NCBI RefSeq assembly: GCF_009914755.1
Contig: NC_060941.1
Source of the DNA: the human T2T-CHM13v2.0 reference genome, Homo sapiens
Length of the DNA stretch: 64,000 nt
Direction: 5' to 3' (one strand)
A program made the translations under genes and the position numbers. This document shows positions 1-17,314 of this stretch, piece by piece (within the stretch, counting starts at the first letter, position 1; the number at the start of each line of letters is the position of its first letter). The notes under the pieces were generated by a model. The model was not told where the DNA came from. It ran no database searches and saw only the letters and a list, made by a program, of their open reading frames with translations.

Positions 1-119
1 TTTTAAAATTGGAGCTATAGGGCCAGGTTCTTTTCCCAATCAGATGGCGAAGATTTGGGGGATGCATTCCTATCACACAGAGAAAGCCCTTCTGCAATAG
101 AGGCAGCCACATGTCTGCC

Positions 120-1122
<1,003 letters not shown>

Positions 1123-1199
1123 ATAGACTGTAGGAGACAAAAATGAAATTGTTTTATAACTATACTCCATGAGTCCCACTTGATCAAAGGTACCAATTA

Positions 1200-1590
1200 C
1201 AACTGGTCTAGGACAATCTTGACAACCCTCTTTTTGCCATAAGTTGGTTTAGGAATGGGTTTGTGCTCCAGTTCTGGCCAATGAGATTCAAAGAGAAGTC
1301 TGTTGGAGAGCTTCTGAGAAGTCTCTGCCATTCCTTTTCTTCCTGCTTTGGTCATAGTTGCATGAAGCCACAATGCCTGGAGCTGCAGCAGCCATTTTGT
1401 AACCAAGAGGAGACAAGGAAGGCAAAGAGGAAAGGTGAGAATAAGCAGGGCCCTTAATAACTCCATCAAGACACTGAACCAATCCTGGAGCCCTTTACTA
1501 AGTAAATTAATAAATTGTATAAAGTTTGAGCTATTATTAGTTAGGCATTATGGATTTGACTAGCCAGTTACATCTTAATTGACATGATGC
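1200..1590 (+). mobile_element. ERVL-type LTR fragment (LTR33/LTR16-like)
   Basis: ccagttctggccaatgaga...gcctggagctgcagcagccattttgt blocks typical of these old LTRs. Confidence 0.5.
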
Positions 1591-1715
1591 TCTAAGTTTA
1601 GGAGGCCCCATTCCTTTTCTCTATACAAATGTAAGATGTTGTTACAAATATTCCCAATCAAGTAGCACTTACATACTATCTTACTGGATTATTGTTCTTT
1701 GTTGTTCTTAATAAA

Positions 1716-1884
1716 ATTTTTTTTAGAGATGGGGGTCTTGCTATGTTGCCGAGGCTGGAGTGCAGTGGCTATTCACAGGCGCAATTATTGTGCACTGCAG
1801 CTTCAAACTCCTGGACTCAAGCAATTTTCCCATCTCAGCCTCCTGAATTGCCAGGACTATGGGTTCCCCTCACTGTGCCCCGCT
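1716..1884 (-). mobile_element. FAM (fossil Alu monomer, 7SL-derived); similar copy at ~25788-25940
   Basis: Diagnostic gagtgcagtggctattcacaggcgc, which differs from dimeric Alu. Confidence 0.7.
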
Positions 1885-2339
1885 TAGATATTATTTTCTC
1901 TTAAGTTATATTTATGGCCCAGGCAAAACTAATATTGCATTTCTGTGTCATACCTATTAGAAGTTAAGGAGCTATTTATACTATTAATTTCAAAAGTTAA
2001 AGTTTAATATGAAAAAATTGTAGCTTTACCTGTGATAACTGACTTTGTCTTGTCTTTTAGGTATTATTTCTATAAATAGCAGAAAATAATGCTTGAGCTT
2101 GCCAATAGAATATAGCCCATTCTCTTCTGGTTTCAAACAGTCTCTTTTGGAGAGATATTCAGTCAATTCTGAGTTTTCACTCATTACCGGGATGGTTTCA
2201 CCCCTCTCAAGAGGTCTCCCAAGCAGACGTCTGAGTGCAGGAGGCATACATATGTTCCTGGGGTTAGTGGGATTACCTGCTTGCTCTCATGTTTTCAATG
2301 AAGACTATACTAGTCCTCTGTGAGATCAATTTCTAGTGT

Positions 2340-2684
<345 letters not shown>

Positions 2685-3176
2685 CTAGCATGGGTTGTTT
2701 GACAATCTGACTTTTTAGGAAGGTCCCACAAAACCCAAAACAGCCTTGGGAAGAGGGGATGCACATCCTAAGGATGGATGGCAAAGGGCTACTAGGCAGA
2801 TTAGGGTTGGGGAGGCAGGATGAGAAGAATGACCATGCCAGGGGACACTCTGTTGTGGTGTCTTGGTGGGATGGTCTTTGAACAGGCTCACTGGTTTAGA
2901 TGTGCCTGCCAGGGGCATTAAATCTTAGTGAGTGTCTCAGTGAGATTGCTCATGGTGCCAGTGTCCATGGGTGACCCCCAGCAGTGGCCTCCAAACTGAA
3001 TTGTTCCTGTAATGCGATCTTGACTGTGTTCTTATTCGCCACCCTTCCTTGATTCCTATCCAGTTCTCAAGTCTTTTGGTCATTCTGTGAGGTCTCACTA
3101 TTCTTTCTCTTTAAATCAACCAGAGTGTGCAATCAAGAGCCATGGTGGCTTTCAGTAAGTTTAAAGAGAATGAGCT

Positions 3177-3924
<748 letters not shown>

Positions 3925-4874
3925 AGGGTTGCCCCCTTGTGACTACGAGATTCCTGGGGGCCAGGTCTGCTCTCTGTTCTCCAGCCCATCAACTTGCCTC
4001 CACCAAACTTAGATGCCCAAAGGAAGGGACTCCATTGCCCTCCACTCTCAGACTTGGATGGAGGATCGCAGATCACTATTAGACTGGGCTCTCTTTGAGG
4101 TCAGCAACTTCATCTCAACAGATGGAGGGCTTTCCAGAGCTGAATCTGTCCATTGTCCATCTACACATTCCTCTCTGTGCCAACACACTCCACTTCGAGT
4201 CCAGGAAAGGAAAGGATTTTCCTGAAGCTCCTTGATTTTACTCCCTCCCTCACCCCTGCCCCCCAACAAATACACAATATCCAGGAGCTATACCAGCCTG
4301 GTACCCGAGTCCTACTTCCTACTGGACTTGGCACCATTCCCTTGTGTTCCTTGGTACTGGCAATGAAATGGAAATAGGAGAAGTGGAGAGCATGGGGTGA
4401 AGAAGGATAAGGATAAGACAGGAAGAGGAAGACAGAATATAATGATACAAACAAACCCAGTGCTTTCAGTGCTTCCCATAGGCCAGGTAAAGCGTGGTAC
4501 TGTATTACTATCTCTGACTTACAGATGAAGAGACTGAGGGTCAGAGAGATACCATGCTGAACATCAGATAACTTTTATATTTATGTGGTAGAGCTGGGAT
4601 TTGAACCCAGTTTATTGCGGGCCAAAGCCATCCTCTCTTCCCCTTTAATGCCTTCCTAAGAGGGAAGGTAGGAGACATCTGAGTTGTTAGTGCTTTGGGA
4701 GGCTCTGGAAAAGGAAATTATTCCTGGGCAGAGCCTTATGGGCAGGTGAGGTTCTAGCCCCACCCCTTGTGACCTAATAGAGGCCCTAGACATGAGACAA
4801 AGTTCTATGGGTTCTGGGCACCCTCTCACATCCCAGTCTCTGATCAGGGAAAGCAGGGCACAGCCTTGGGAAGA

Positions 4875-4887
4875 ATGGATAAGCATG
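4875..4887 (+). CDS. C17orf50: C17orf50 coding exon 1 (MDKH-G)
   Basis: ATG GAT AAG CAT G followed by consensus donor gtgagt at 4888. Joins in phase 1 to the exon at 7945. Confidence 0.9.
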
Positions 4888-5032
4888 GTGAGTGGGGCTG
4901 GAGGCAGGGTGGGGCTGGAGGACAGGACCTCTTGACCCTAGCTTGGACAATCCAGCCCATCACCATGAAGTCCAACCTTTTCTCAGTTACCCATCCATGT
5001 AGCTGCAAGCCCTCTCCTTTCGCCTTCCTGAA

Positions 5033-8742
<3,710 letters not shown>

Positions 8743-8992
8743 CTAGCGCCCCCAGTGCAGAGCCCAGCATAACCTAGAGCCCGCTGTCAACAGCGCCCAC
8801 CGAGGGCTCCCCGCCCCCACGCAGCACCAGCGCCACCGCACACCTGACTCTGTCCGCTCACACAGCCTCACCTTCACCTCTTGGGTATTTCAGATCCGCT
8901 CTGGCCCAGTGGGCAGAGGCATCGCCTAGAGAAAATAACCTCAGGGTTCCCTCATCCCTCTGACAAACCTGCCTCTTTCCCTGAAACCATTC

Positions 8993-8998
8993 AATAAA
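8993..8998 (+). terminator. C17orf50: Poly(A) signal of C17orf50
   Basis: AATAAA ~440 nt after the stop, with GT-rich sequence downstream. A second AATAAA lies at 9346-9351. Confidence 0.75.
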
Positions 8999-9837
8999 AC
9001 CTCTGATCAAAGTGTCAGTGCTTTGAGGTGGCGCAGGTGGCTCCGGGTGGGGATGATCCTCCTGGGGTTCAAGCCAGAGGTAAAAGTGTGGGCAGGGAGC
9101 CTCTTCCCTCTCTACCCCAGAACGGTACAAACATTTGTATCCAAAGGCAAAGGCCCTTCTGCCCACTGCGCAGAGGAGAAAATGAACGGGCAGGGCCAAC
9201 AATGGCCCTGGGGAGGTGAGGGCTGAACCCTTGCCAGACCATTCTCGCCTGCCCTAGACGCCCTGGCTTGCTGAGGTCAGTGCTGTGCATATGAGGCACT
9301 AGCAGGTGTGGAGGGGTGGGAGAAGCCTGGAAAACCAGATGCTAAAATAAATGCTGGCATGGGTGGAGGCAGAAGACAGGGAGGCTGGGGAGCTGGTTCC
9401 TTCTCCAGGAATCCCAGCTATTCTTGGCCAGACAGCAGGAGCTTTGGGAATGCCTCGTGTGTGGCCTGGAGAATGCGGCCACTGTGAGAGCACAAGGCCA
9501 CCCTCAGCCTGCAGGGCTGCCTGTTGTGGAGGCTGCATCCCCAGCGCCTGCAGCGTTGCAGAGCCCCAGGAAGGCCCCTTGACCTCTCCCTGCTGCACAT
9601 CATTCTCCATCTGGCCTGGAGCTGCAAGGACATTTTGCTTTTTGAGGAGAGGCAGGCCCCTTCTCTCCATCACAGCTCTGCACACACACACACAGCTGCC
9701 TAGCCCTGGCTTGGATGGAAGAGCATGGCCCTGGCCTCCCCTGCACCCATGCCCACCTGCTCTCACAGCAAAGGATGGAAGAACTGCTCCAAGGAAGGCT
9801 GCTTCCTGCCTCTCGGCCCACCAGCTGAAGGCACCTC

Positions 9838-9843
9838 TTTATT
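9838..9843 (-). terminator. MMP28: Poly(A) signal of the main MMP28 isoform
   Basis: TTTATT on + (AATAAA on -), ~600 nt past the MMP28 stop at 10438. Confidence 0.75.
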
Positions 9844-10437
9844 CCAGCCCCAGACAAAAAGCCAGGGACTGGTAGGCCTGCATCAGTCTCCCTCCCACTC
9901 TGTGTCCTGACCCCACAAAGGGCCTCTGAGGTTGGAGACGCCTGTGCCTTCATCCCCATCCATGCTTCCTGGGGGTGGGGCCTCTGACTAAATATGACAC
10001 CGTTTTTCAAGAACTGAGCCAGGGGGTCCTGAGGAGAAGGGCACAGTCTTGCAAAATGGTCTCGAATTTCTCTGCTGAGTTTTTCATCCCCCTGCTTGGA
10101 TCCCAGTGCTGTTACCTCTTGAAAGGAACTGTACCTTTAGCCGAAGAAACAAAGGCCTGGGGAGGATAGAAGTCCTCGGAGGAAAGGGCCAAGGGATCTG
10201 GGACCCTTTTTTGCTTTTCCTAAGATTAATCCCACCCCCACCTCCATGTGGTGGGGACAGACAAAGACAATGCTGCATTCTTCAAGGAACAAAGGCAGAC
10301 AGACTTCCAGATGGAGGCTTTGCTGCCCGGTCTTCTGCAGAGGGACTCAGAGGCTTCTAAGAGGGGTTCTGCCCCGGGGGTGGGGAACATGATTTTGCCC
10401 TGAGAGCACCACCAGTTTCTGAGGTGAGGAGGTGCCT

Positions 10438-10832
10438 TCAGAACAGGGCGCTCCCCGAGTTGGCATGCCAGCAGCCCATCCAGGGCAGCTCGGTGGCCCA
10501 GCGGCCCGAGGTGGTTGCCTGCAGTTTGGCCTGGTCGAGGCGCCAGTAGCGGTCATCTCGGAAGAAGATGATGGAGCCATCGGGCCTCGGCAGGGCGCCG
10601 CTGACCTCCTCAGGGATGCCTCCCCAGTCCTGCAGACTTCGGGAATAGTAGGGCTCCACTTGCAGTCCCCCTCGGGCCAGCACGTAGTAGCGGGCACCCT
10701 TGAAGAGGATGAGGCGGCGCAGAGGAGGGAAGAAGAGGGCGGCGTCAGGATGGCGGGGCAGGCCCCCTGCCCGGCACAGCTGTGGGAGACCCCACACTGG
10801 CTTGGGGCCCCGGAACCTCCAGCATCGACCCC
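10438..10832 (-). CDS. MMP28: MMP28 exon 8 (C-terminal hemopexin repeats, ends ...[14 protein letters not shown])
   Basis: Acceptor cccacag|GGGGTCG; 395 nt; hemopexin-type motifs ([24 protein letters not shown]) and terminal Cys. The 8 exons sum to 1563 nt = 520 aa. Confidence 0.97.
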
Positions 10833-10959
10833 CTGTGGGGAATTGGGAGAGCCAGGGTGAGCTGGAGGCTGTCACCCATTGGCCCTCTACCCCACTTCTG
10901 TCCCCCATACCTCTGCTCTCCTTTAAGCTGGAGCCCACGATGGTTGGTATTCATATCAA

Positions 10960-10973
10960 TCAAACGGATTGCA
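10960..10973 (-). CDS. MMP28: MMP28 alternative exon 8a coding part (VQSV*, 393-aa isoform)
   Basis: Acceptor tttgtag|TG CAA TCC GTT TGA in phase with exon 7. I recall a 393-aa MMP28 isoform ending in VQSV. Confidence 0.7.
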
Positions 10974-11689
10974 CTACAAATTAGTTATAAATAGCAGGGT
11001 GGTAGTAGCAACTCCTATTATTTATTGTCTAGACTCCCAGCAGGTGTCAGCAGAGGGCAGATAGCCCCGAAAGGAAGGCCCAGAGCTTTCTCCACTGCCA
11101 TCATTACTAATAATTCTATGAGGGCAAGGATTTTTGTTTCATTCACTGCTGTATCCCTAACATATCCAACCACGTCTAGTGCATACAAGGCACTCAATAT
11201 TGGTTGAATGAATGAACAAATGAATGAATACTATTTACCTAAGTATTAACATGTATCTAGTAAGATATTGCACACTCTTCAGGCAATATTCTCTTTTCAC
11301 ACTCCTTCCCCAGCAAGTGTGAGGTATTGTTTTCCCCATTCGAGAAATGCACACTCCAAAAGTTAAGCGACACGTCCAACCCCACACAGCTAGGATTCCA
11401 AGGAAGATCCAGCTTTCTGCTCAGTTGCAGAACTCCAGAGCAGTCCTCTGCTTCCCTCTAGACTCCTCTCTGAAACTCTCCCTGGGACTTTGACACTTGC
11501 TGCTCCCTAATCCATCCCTGAAAGGTATCTTCTGATAGAGTCTTCCCTGGGGTCACAGGTTCAGATTGGAATGGAGACTCCACCATGGACTCGTGTGAGA
11601 GTCTTCCCCTCTTTTGTCCTCTTTTGACCTTGGGCAGGACACCTTCCCTCTCTAGGGCTCAGTTTTCCCCGCTGCCCCAGAGCCAGTAC

Positions 11690-11857
11690 CTTTGAAGAAG
11701 TAGAAATCTCCATCATTCAATGACACTGCCGCAGCCTCAATGTTGGGGGGCAGCCCGACCCATCTTTCCTGCAGTGGACGGGGCTCTGAGACGTTGCCAT
11801 CAGCTGCCACCTCCCAGAAATGGCTCCCTTTAAAAATGTACAGTTGCTGTTGCCTGT
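11690..11857 (-). CDS. MMP28: MMP28 exon 7 (hemopexin; [17 protein letters not shown]...DFYFFK)
   Basis: ggcag|ACAGG ... AAAG|gtactg; 168 nt. Confidence 0.97.
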
Positions 11858-12167
11858 CTGCCCAGAGACAAGAGAGAGTTGAGGAGTGACCATCAGCTTC
11901 CTGCTGTCTTTCCAGGAAAGATGCTGTCCTGGAAGCCAGTTTCCCAAATGGACAAGCATAGGGTATGGTGTGTACAGTTGGCGCAGAGGGGAAAGTGGGC
12001 AGGAAGAAGCGGTGTTTTGCTGGGTGTGGGGTTGCTACCTGCAGCGTGCTTGTGGCTTGGGATTTCTGGCTTTTACAGTCCATCCCCCCAACTTGTACTG
12101 CAGCTCTGGAGACACTAAGAGATATGGAAGGAGAGAAAGAAGCAAAGCACCAGTGGGACCTTCTTAC

Positions 12168-12317
12168 CTACAGTGATGGCATCGAAGGAAGAGTGGCAGT
12201 ATTTAGGGCCCTGCGTTTCAGGGCGCCTTCCTTGGGGGCTGTAGGAGTCCCAGGTCTCAAAGTCAGTGAACAGCTTTCCTGGGAGCTGGACGGCCACTGA
12301 GCCCCCTAGGGGCTTCC
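12168..12317 (-). CDS. MMP28: MMP28 exon 6 (hinge and start of hemopexin domain; [12 protein letters not shown])
   Basis: caaag|GGAAG ... TAG|gtaaga; 150 nt. Confidence 0.96.
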
Positions 12318-12466
12318 CTTTGTGAGTAAGGAAATAAGAGAGAGAGAGAACACACATAGGGTAGAGGGTATGCTGTGCACTCAAGACCTTCCCTTGGTTA
12401 CTTTCATGATTATCTAATATGAGGGGCAAGGAAGGAGAGTGGGAGTGGGGGTTAAGAGTTGTTCCT

Positions 12467-12792
<326 letters not shown>

Positions 12793-13929
12793 TCAAACTA
12801 AACTCAGGAATCTTCTTCTACCCAACATCCTGGGACAGAGGAACCTCCTGAGATAAAATTGGAGTGGGGTATCAAGCAAGGGAACTAAGCGGGTCAGGGA
12901 GTCCTCTTCTCTGATTCCTGGGCAACACAGGTGTCATGAGGGCAGAGTCCAGAGACCCAGGCTGTGATAACTACAGCAATTATAATAATTACATCACTAT
13001 CCTTCACTTATGAGAGGAGGGAAGCAGAGTCCAACAAGCTTATTATTTGGTACCATCACCTGAATCCCAGTCTGCAATTTCCTAGCTGCATGACCCTGAG
13101 CAAGTTACCTAACCTCTCTGAGCCCCATTATCTTGATCTGTGGACAAAAAGATGCATACTTCATGGGTGTGTTGCATGTCAAGTGCCTGGCCCACAGTAG
13201 GTACTCATGAAATAGTAGCTGTTAGTATTACAGGGTATAAGTTTCTCAGGCTACAAAGCATGCTCATACCCAGTAGCACAACAGCCCTGTCAGGTAAGCA
13301 GGACCTCAGTTGTTATCTCTTTTCACAGAAGGTAAAACTGAGGGTTCACAGAGGGAAAATGCCCAAGAGCATCTGCTAATCAGGGATGGAAGGTGACTTG
13401 AACCCAGGCCTCCTGGCTCTGCCCATGGCACTCTGAGGGAGACAGCCCTGGGCTGAGATAGATCCCAGGGCAGTAGCACTGGCCCACCCTGGGGAAGAAG
13501 ACCTGGTCTGAGCCCACCACCAGGCAGAGGTGGGCAGGCTTTGGGGATAGGGGGCATCAGCATCGTGGTGAGAGAAAGGCTCGGGGAGAGCTAGTGGCTG
13601 GGGCAGGAATGAAGGCTTTGGGGTCCGGGATGGGGGAAGAGGTGGGCCCAAGGATTGGGTATGGGTGATGGGGCGGGCACATGGTGTGAGCGGGAGCTGC
13701 GGGGGCTGGGGGTTGGGCAGAAATCCAGTAAGTGGAACGCAAGGGGCGGGGTTGGGGGTACTGTGCACAGGAATTAGTTGGGACTGATGGAGAGATGAGG
13801 GCCATGGACTCGGGGGAGCAAGAATCCGAGGTTTTTCAGATTTGAGGAGGGGCATAGGGCTTTAGAATTGGGACGAATCGGCGACAGGGAGGCCAGATCT
13901 ATGAGCTTAGGATGGGAAATCCTATTTGC

Positions 13930-14330
13930 AGAGCCGGCGTTCAAGGACAGGAGGCCTTGGGGGCAGGAGTGGGACCAAGAGCGGGGCATGTCCCGGGGCC
14001 TCACCATACAGGCTCTGCACGGCCAGCACGTCGTCCCAGCTGAGCAGCGCGTCGCGGCCCAGCCTCTTGTAGTAGGGCGCCATGAGCGCGCGCGGCGCGG
14101 GCGAGTGGGTGAGGCCAAGCGTGTGACCGATCTCGTGCGCCAGCACCACGAACAGGTTGCGCCCGCGGCGGCGGCTCAGGGACCAGCGCTCATCTTGGTC
14201 GAAGTGCGCTTCGCCGCGGCGGGGCAGGAAGGCGTGCGCCAGGGCGCCCCCTGCAGGTGGGGCAGAAGGTCAGGGGGTGCCACGGCCCACGACGCCCCCA
14301 GGTACTCGCGGCCCAGCGCAAATGCCACTG
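13930..14330. promoter_or_regulatory. Intragenic CpG island over MMP28 exon 5
   Basis: Dense CpG cluster (for example gcgcgcgcggcgcgg) confined to the exon and its flanks. Confidence 0.75.
14005..14250 (-). CDS. MMP28: MMP28 exon 5 (catalytic zinc site [11 protein letters not shown], Met-turn ALMAPYY)
   Basis: ctgcag|GGGGCG ... TATG|gtgagg; 246 nt; metzincin HExxHxxGxxH motif. Confidence 0.98.
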
Positions 14331-14651
14331 GGGTGTGTGTGGCTGTTCTCTGCTGTATAGTTTCCCTCCTAAAATCTGGCAGAACCTGAAGTGTGCAGAG
14401 GTGAACAGTAGGCTCTGCACTACTTCAGGTGAGTAGTGCAGTGGACGATGAGTAGGCTGTGGACGCCTAAGAGGCACTGTGGTGTAGATATGGCATGGGC
14501 CCACCAATTTGGGTGCCATTCCTACTTTTACAATCTACTAGCTGTATGACCTTCAGCATTTAGCTTAACCTTTCTATGTCTTAACTTCCTGATCTGCAAA
14601 TGGGAATGATGATGGTGAGCTTCTTCCTCACAGAGTTGTTCTGAATAATAA

Positions 14652-14653
<2 letters not shown>

Positions 14654-14683
<30 letters not shown>
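14654..14683. repeat. (TG)n microsatellite
   Basis: About 15 perfect TG units. Confidence 0.95.
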
Positions 14684-14685
<2 letters not shown>

Positions 14686-14704
14686 ATGTGTATTACAAAT
14701 GATG

Positions 14705-15574
<870 letters not shown>

Positions 15575-15631
15575 TTATTTTTATTATTTTATATATACTT
15601 TTGTTAAAGAAAATATACATACATATAGAAG

Positions 15632-15634
<3 letters not shown>

Positions 15635-15665
<31 letters not shown>
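15635..15665. repeat. (TA)n microsatellite
   Basis: About 15 TA units. Confidence 0.95.
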
Positions 15666-15670
<5 letters not shown>

Positions 15671-17089
15671 GTGTTCTTGCCCTCCTCTGCCAGGGCACCT
15701 CTGGGGGGCCTCTCTCTACTTCTAATAGGAATGAGCAGAGGTAGTTGGGCTGGATCAGTGATTTTCAAGCTTTTAGTGTGCCCCAGATGGAGCTTATTAG
15801 ATGTGCAGGTGCCAGGGTACCACCCCTAACAATTCCCCTTCCACAGCGGCAGGTGACCCTGACACAGGAGTCAGAAAACTGCACTATGATAAAGTTTGCC
15901 TAGAAGCTTGTCGAGGGTCCCTCCAGCTTTGCCTTCTTGGACCCCAGGCCAACTGTGACTGGCAAAGATGGGGGTGCTAGACTAAAAGGAGATCCTCCTG
16001 GGGGCATGGAAAGTCAGCCGCATGTAGGAGGAATACATGCCTATTTTGAATATGTCTCCAGCTGTTTCAAGCATTGTTCACTCTATTCAACTCTCACTGG
16101 GAGACGGATGGGCAGGTTTGGGAGAGAAGACCACTATTCAAAAAGACAAAGTATCTGTCCCAAATCAGAGGGCTGCTTGGGGATCCTGATGTCCTTACTC
16201 CCAGTGCAGTGCTGTCTTAACTAGGTATGGATAGAACCATGTCAGGTAGATCACATGGATGAAGTCAGTTACAAATAAGTGCATGTGTGCACTACATGTG
16301 GATTCTTGCAAAGCCTAGATTCCTCCTGGTCCTAACCCAGGTCTCAGCAGTAGGGCCTGGATGTGGGCTTTGCTGTAGGTGGGCTTGACTGAAAGCAGGA
16401 GGGTGCGAGGGAGGTGGGGGCTCAAGTTCCCAGGCCATACAAGGGCTTAAGTCCCCAGCTTGAAGGGGTCTGATTAGGTTTCCTTTCTTCATTAGGAGGG
16501 GAAATGTGCAAACAGCCTATATTCAGGTTCTGAAGGCTAGCGTTAGGCAGAAGGGGAAAAGAGCGGTTTAAACTGCAGCCAGAGTCTTCAGGTTGGGGAC
16601 AAACAGAACTATCTGTGGCGTAGGTATATGAAGCACTTCCCTGTCAGGGCTGTCGGGAGTAGGGTGCCTCTTGCCCTGTGGCAGCGGCTCTGGTAGTTGG
16701 GGGTGGGGGAGCAGTGGTGGGCAGTGGATGTTTTTTAGGGCTCTGGAGTGAACATCCACTCTGGAGAACAAGAGAAGCACAGGCCTGTCTAGAGGCAGAG
16801 GATGGATGATGGAACCTCGGGAGATTCTCCCAGAATGCATAATACTCTTGAGAATTTGCAAAGCACTTCCCTTGCAGAGCTTCATCTGACTGTCCCTTCA
16901 GACATGTGACACATAATAGGGCAGGGACCACTGTTCCCATTTTAGGATGAGGAGACTGAGGGTTCTCTGCAGGGAGATGTGCCTCAGCCAAGGCCACAGG
17001 GAGGGTGAATGCTTCATTGCCACCCCCAAACTGCTTCTCCAAGTTGGGTTCCCCTCCTGCTGTGCGGGAGGGAGGCTTTGTGCCAGCAC

Positions 17090-17314
17090 CTGGGCCATCA
17101 AAGGCATTGCCCAGCCCATCGTTGTGGTCCCCTTGGAAGAAGGTGAGCCGGATGTCAGCGGGGCCTGTGGCTGGGGCCTCCCAGAACTCCAGCGCTGAGA
17201 CGTTGCTCCACAACTGGAAGGCGGCGCGCACGGCGCCCCGAACTGCCGGCTCCGGCAGATGCTCAGGCCAGTTCACCAGGCGGTAGGAGAGGTGCTGCTT
17301 GTACCATTTGTTAC
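17090..17314 (-). CDS. MMP28: MMP28 exon 4 (N-terminal half of catalytic domain; [14 protein letters not shown]...AFDGP)
   Basis: ggcag|GTAAC ... CCAG|gtgctg; 225 nt; symmetric phase 1-1. Confidence 0.97.

Noticed and set aside
9299-10010. ORFs of 136-174 aa between the convergent 3' ends
   Set aside because: No domain, no splice support, low-complexity composition; region is 3' UTR or intergenic.
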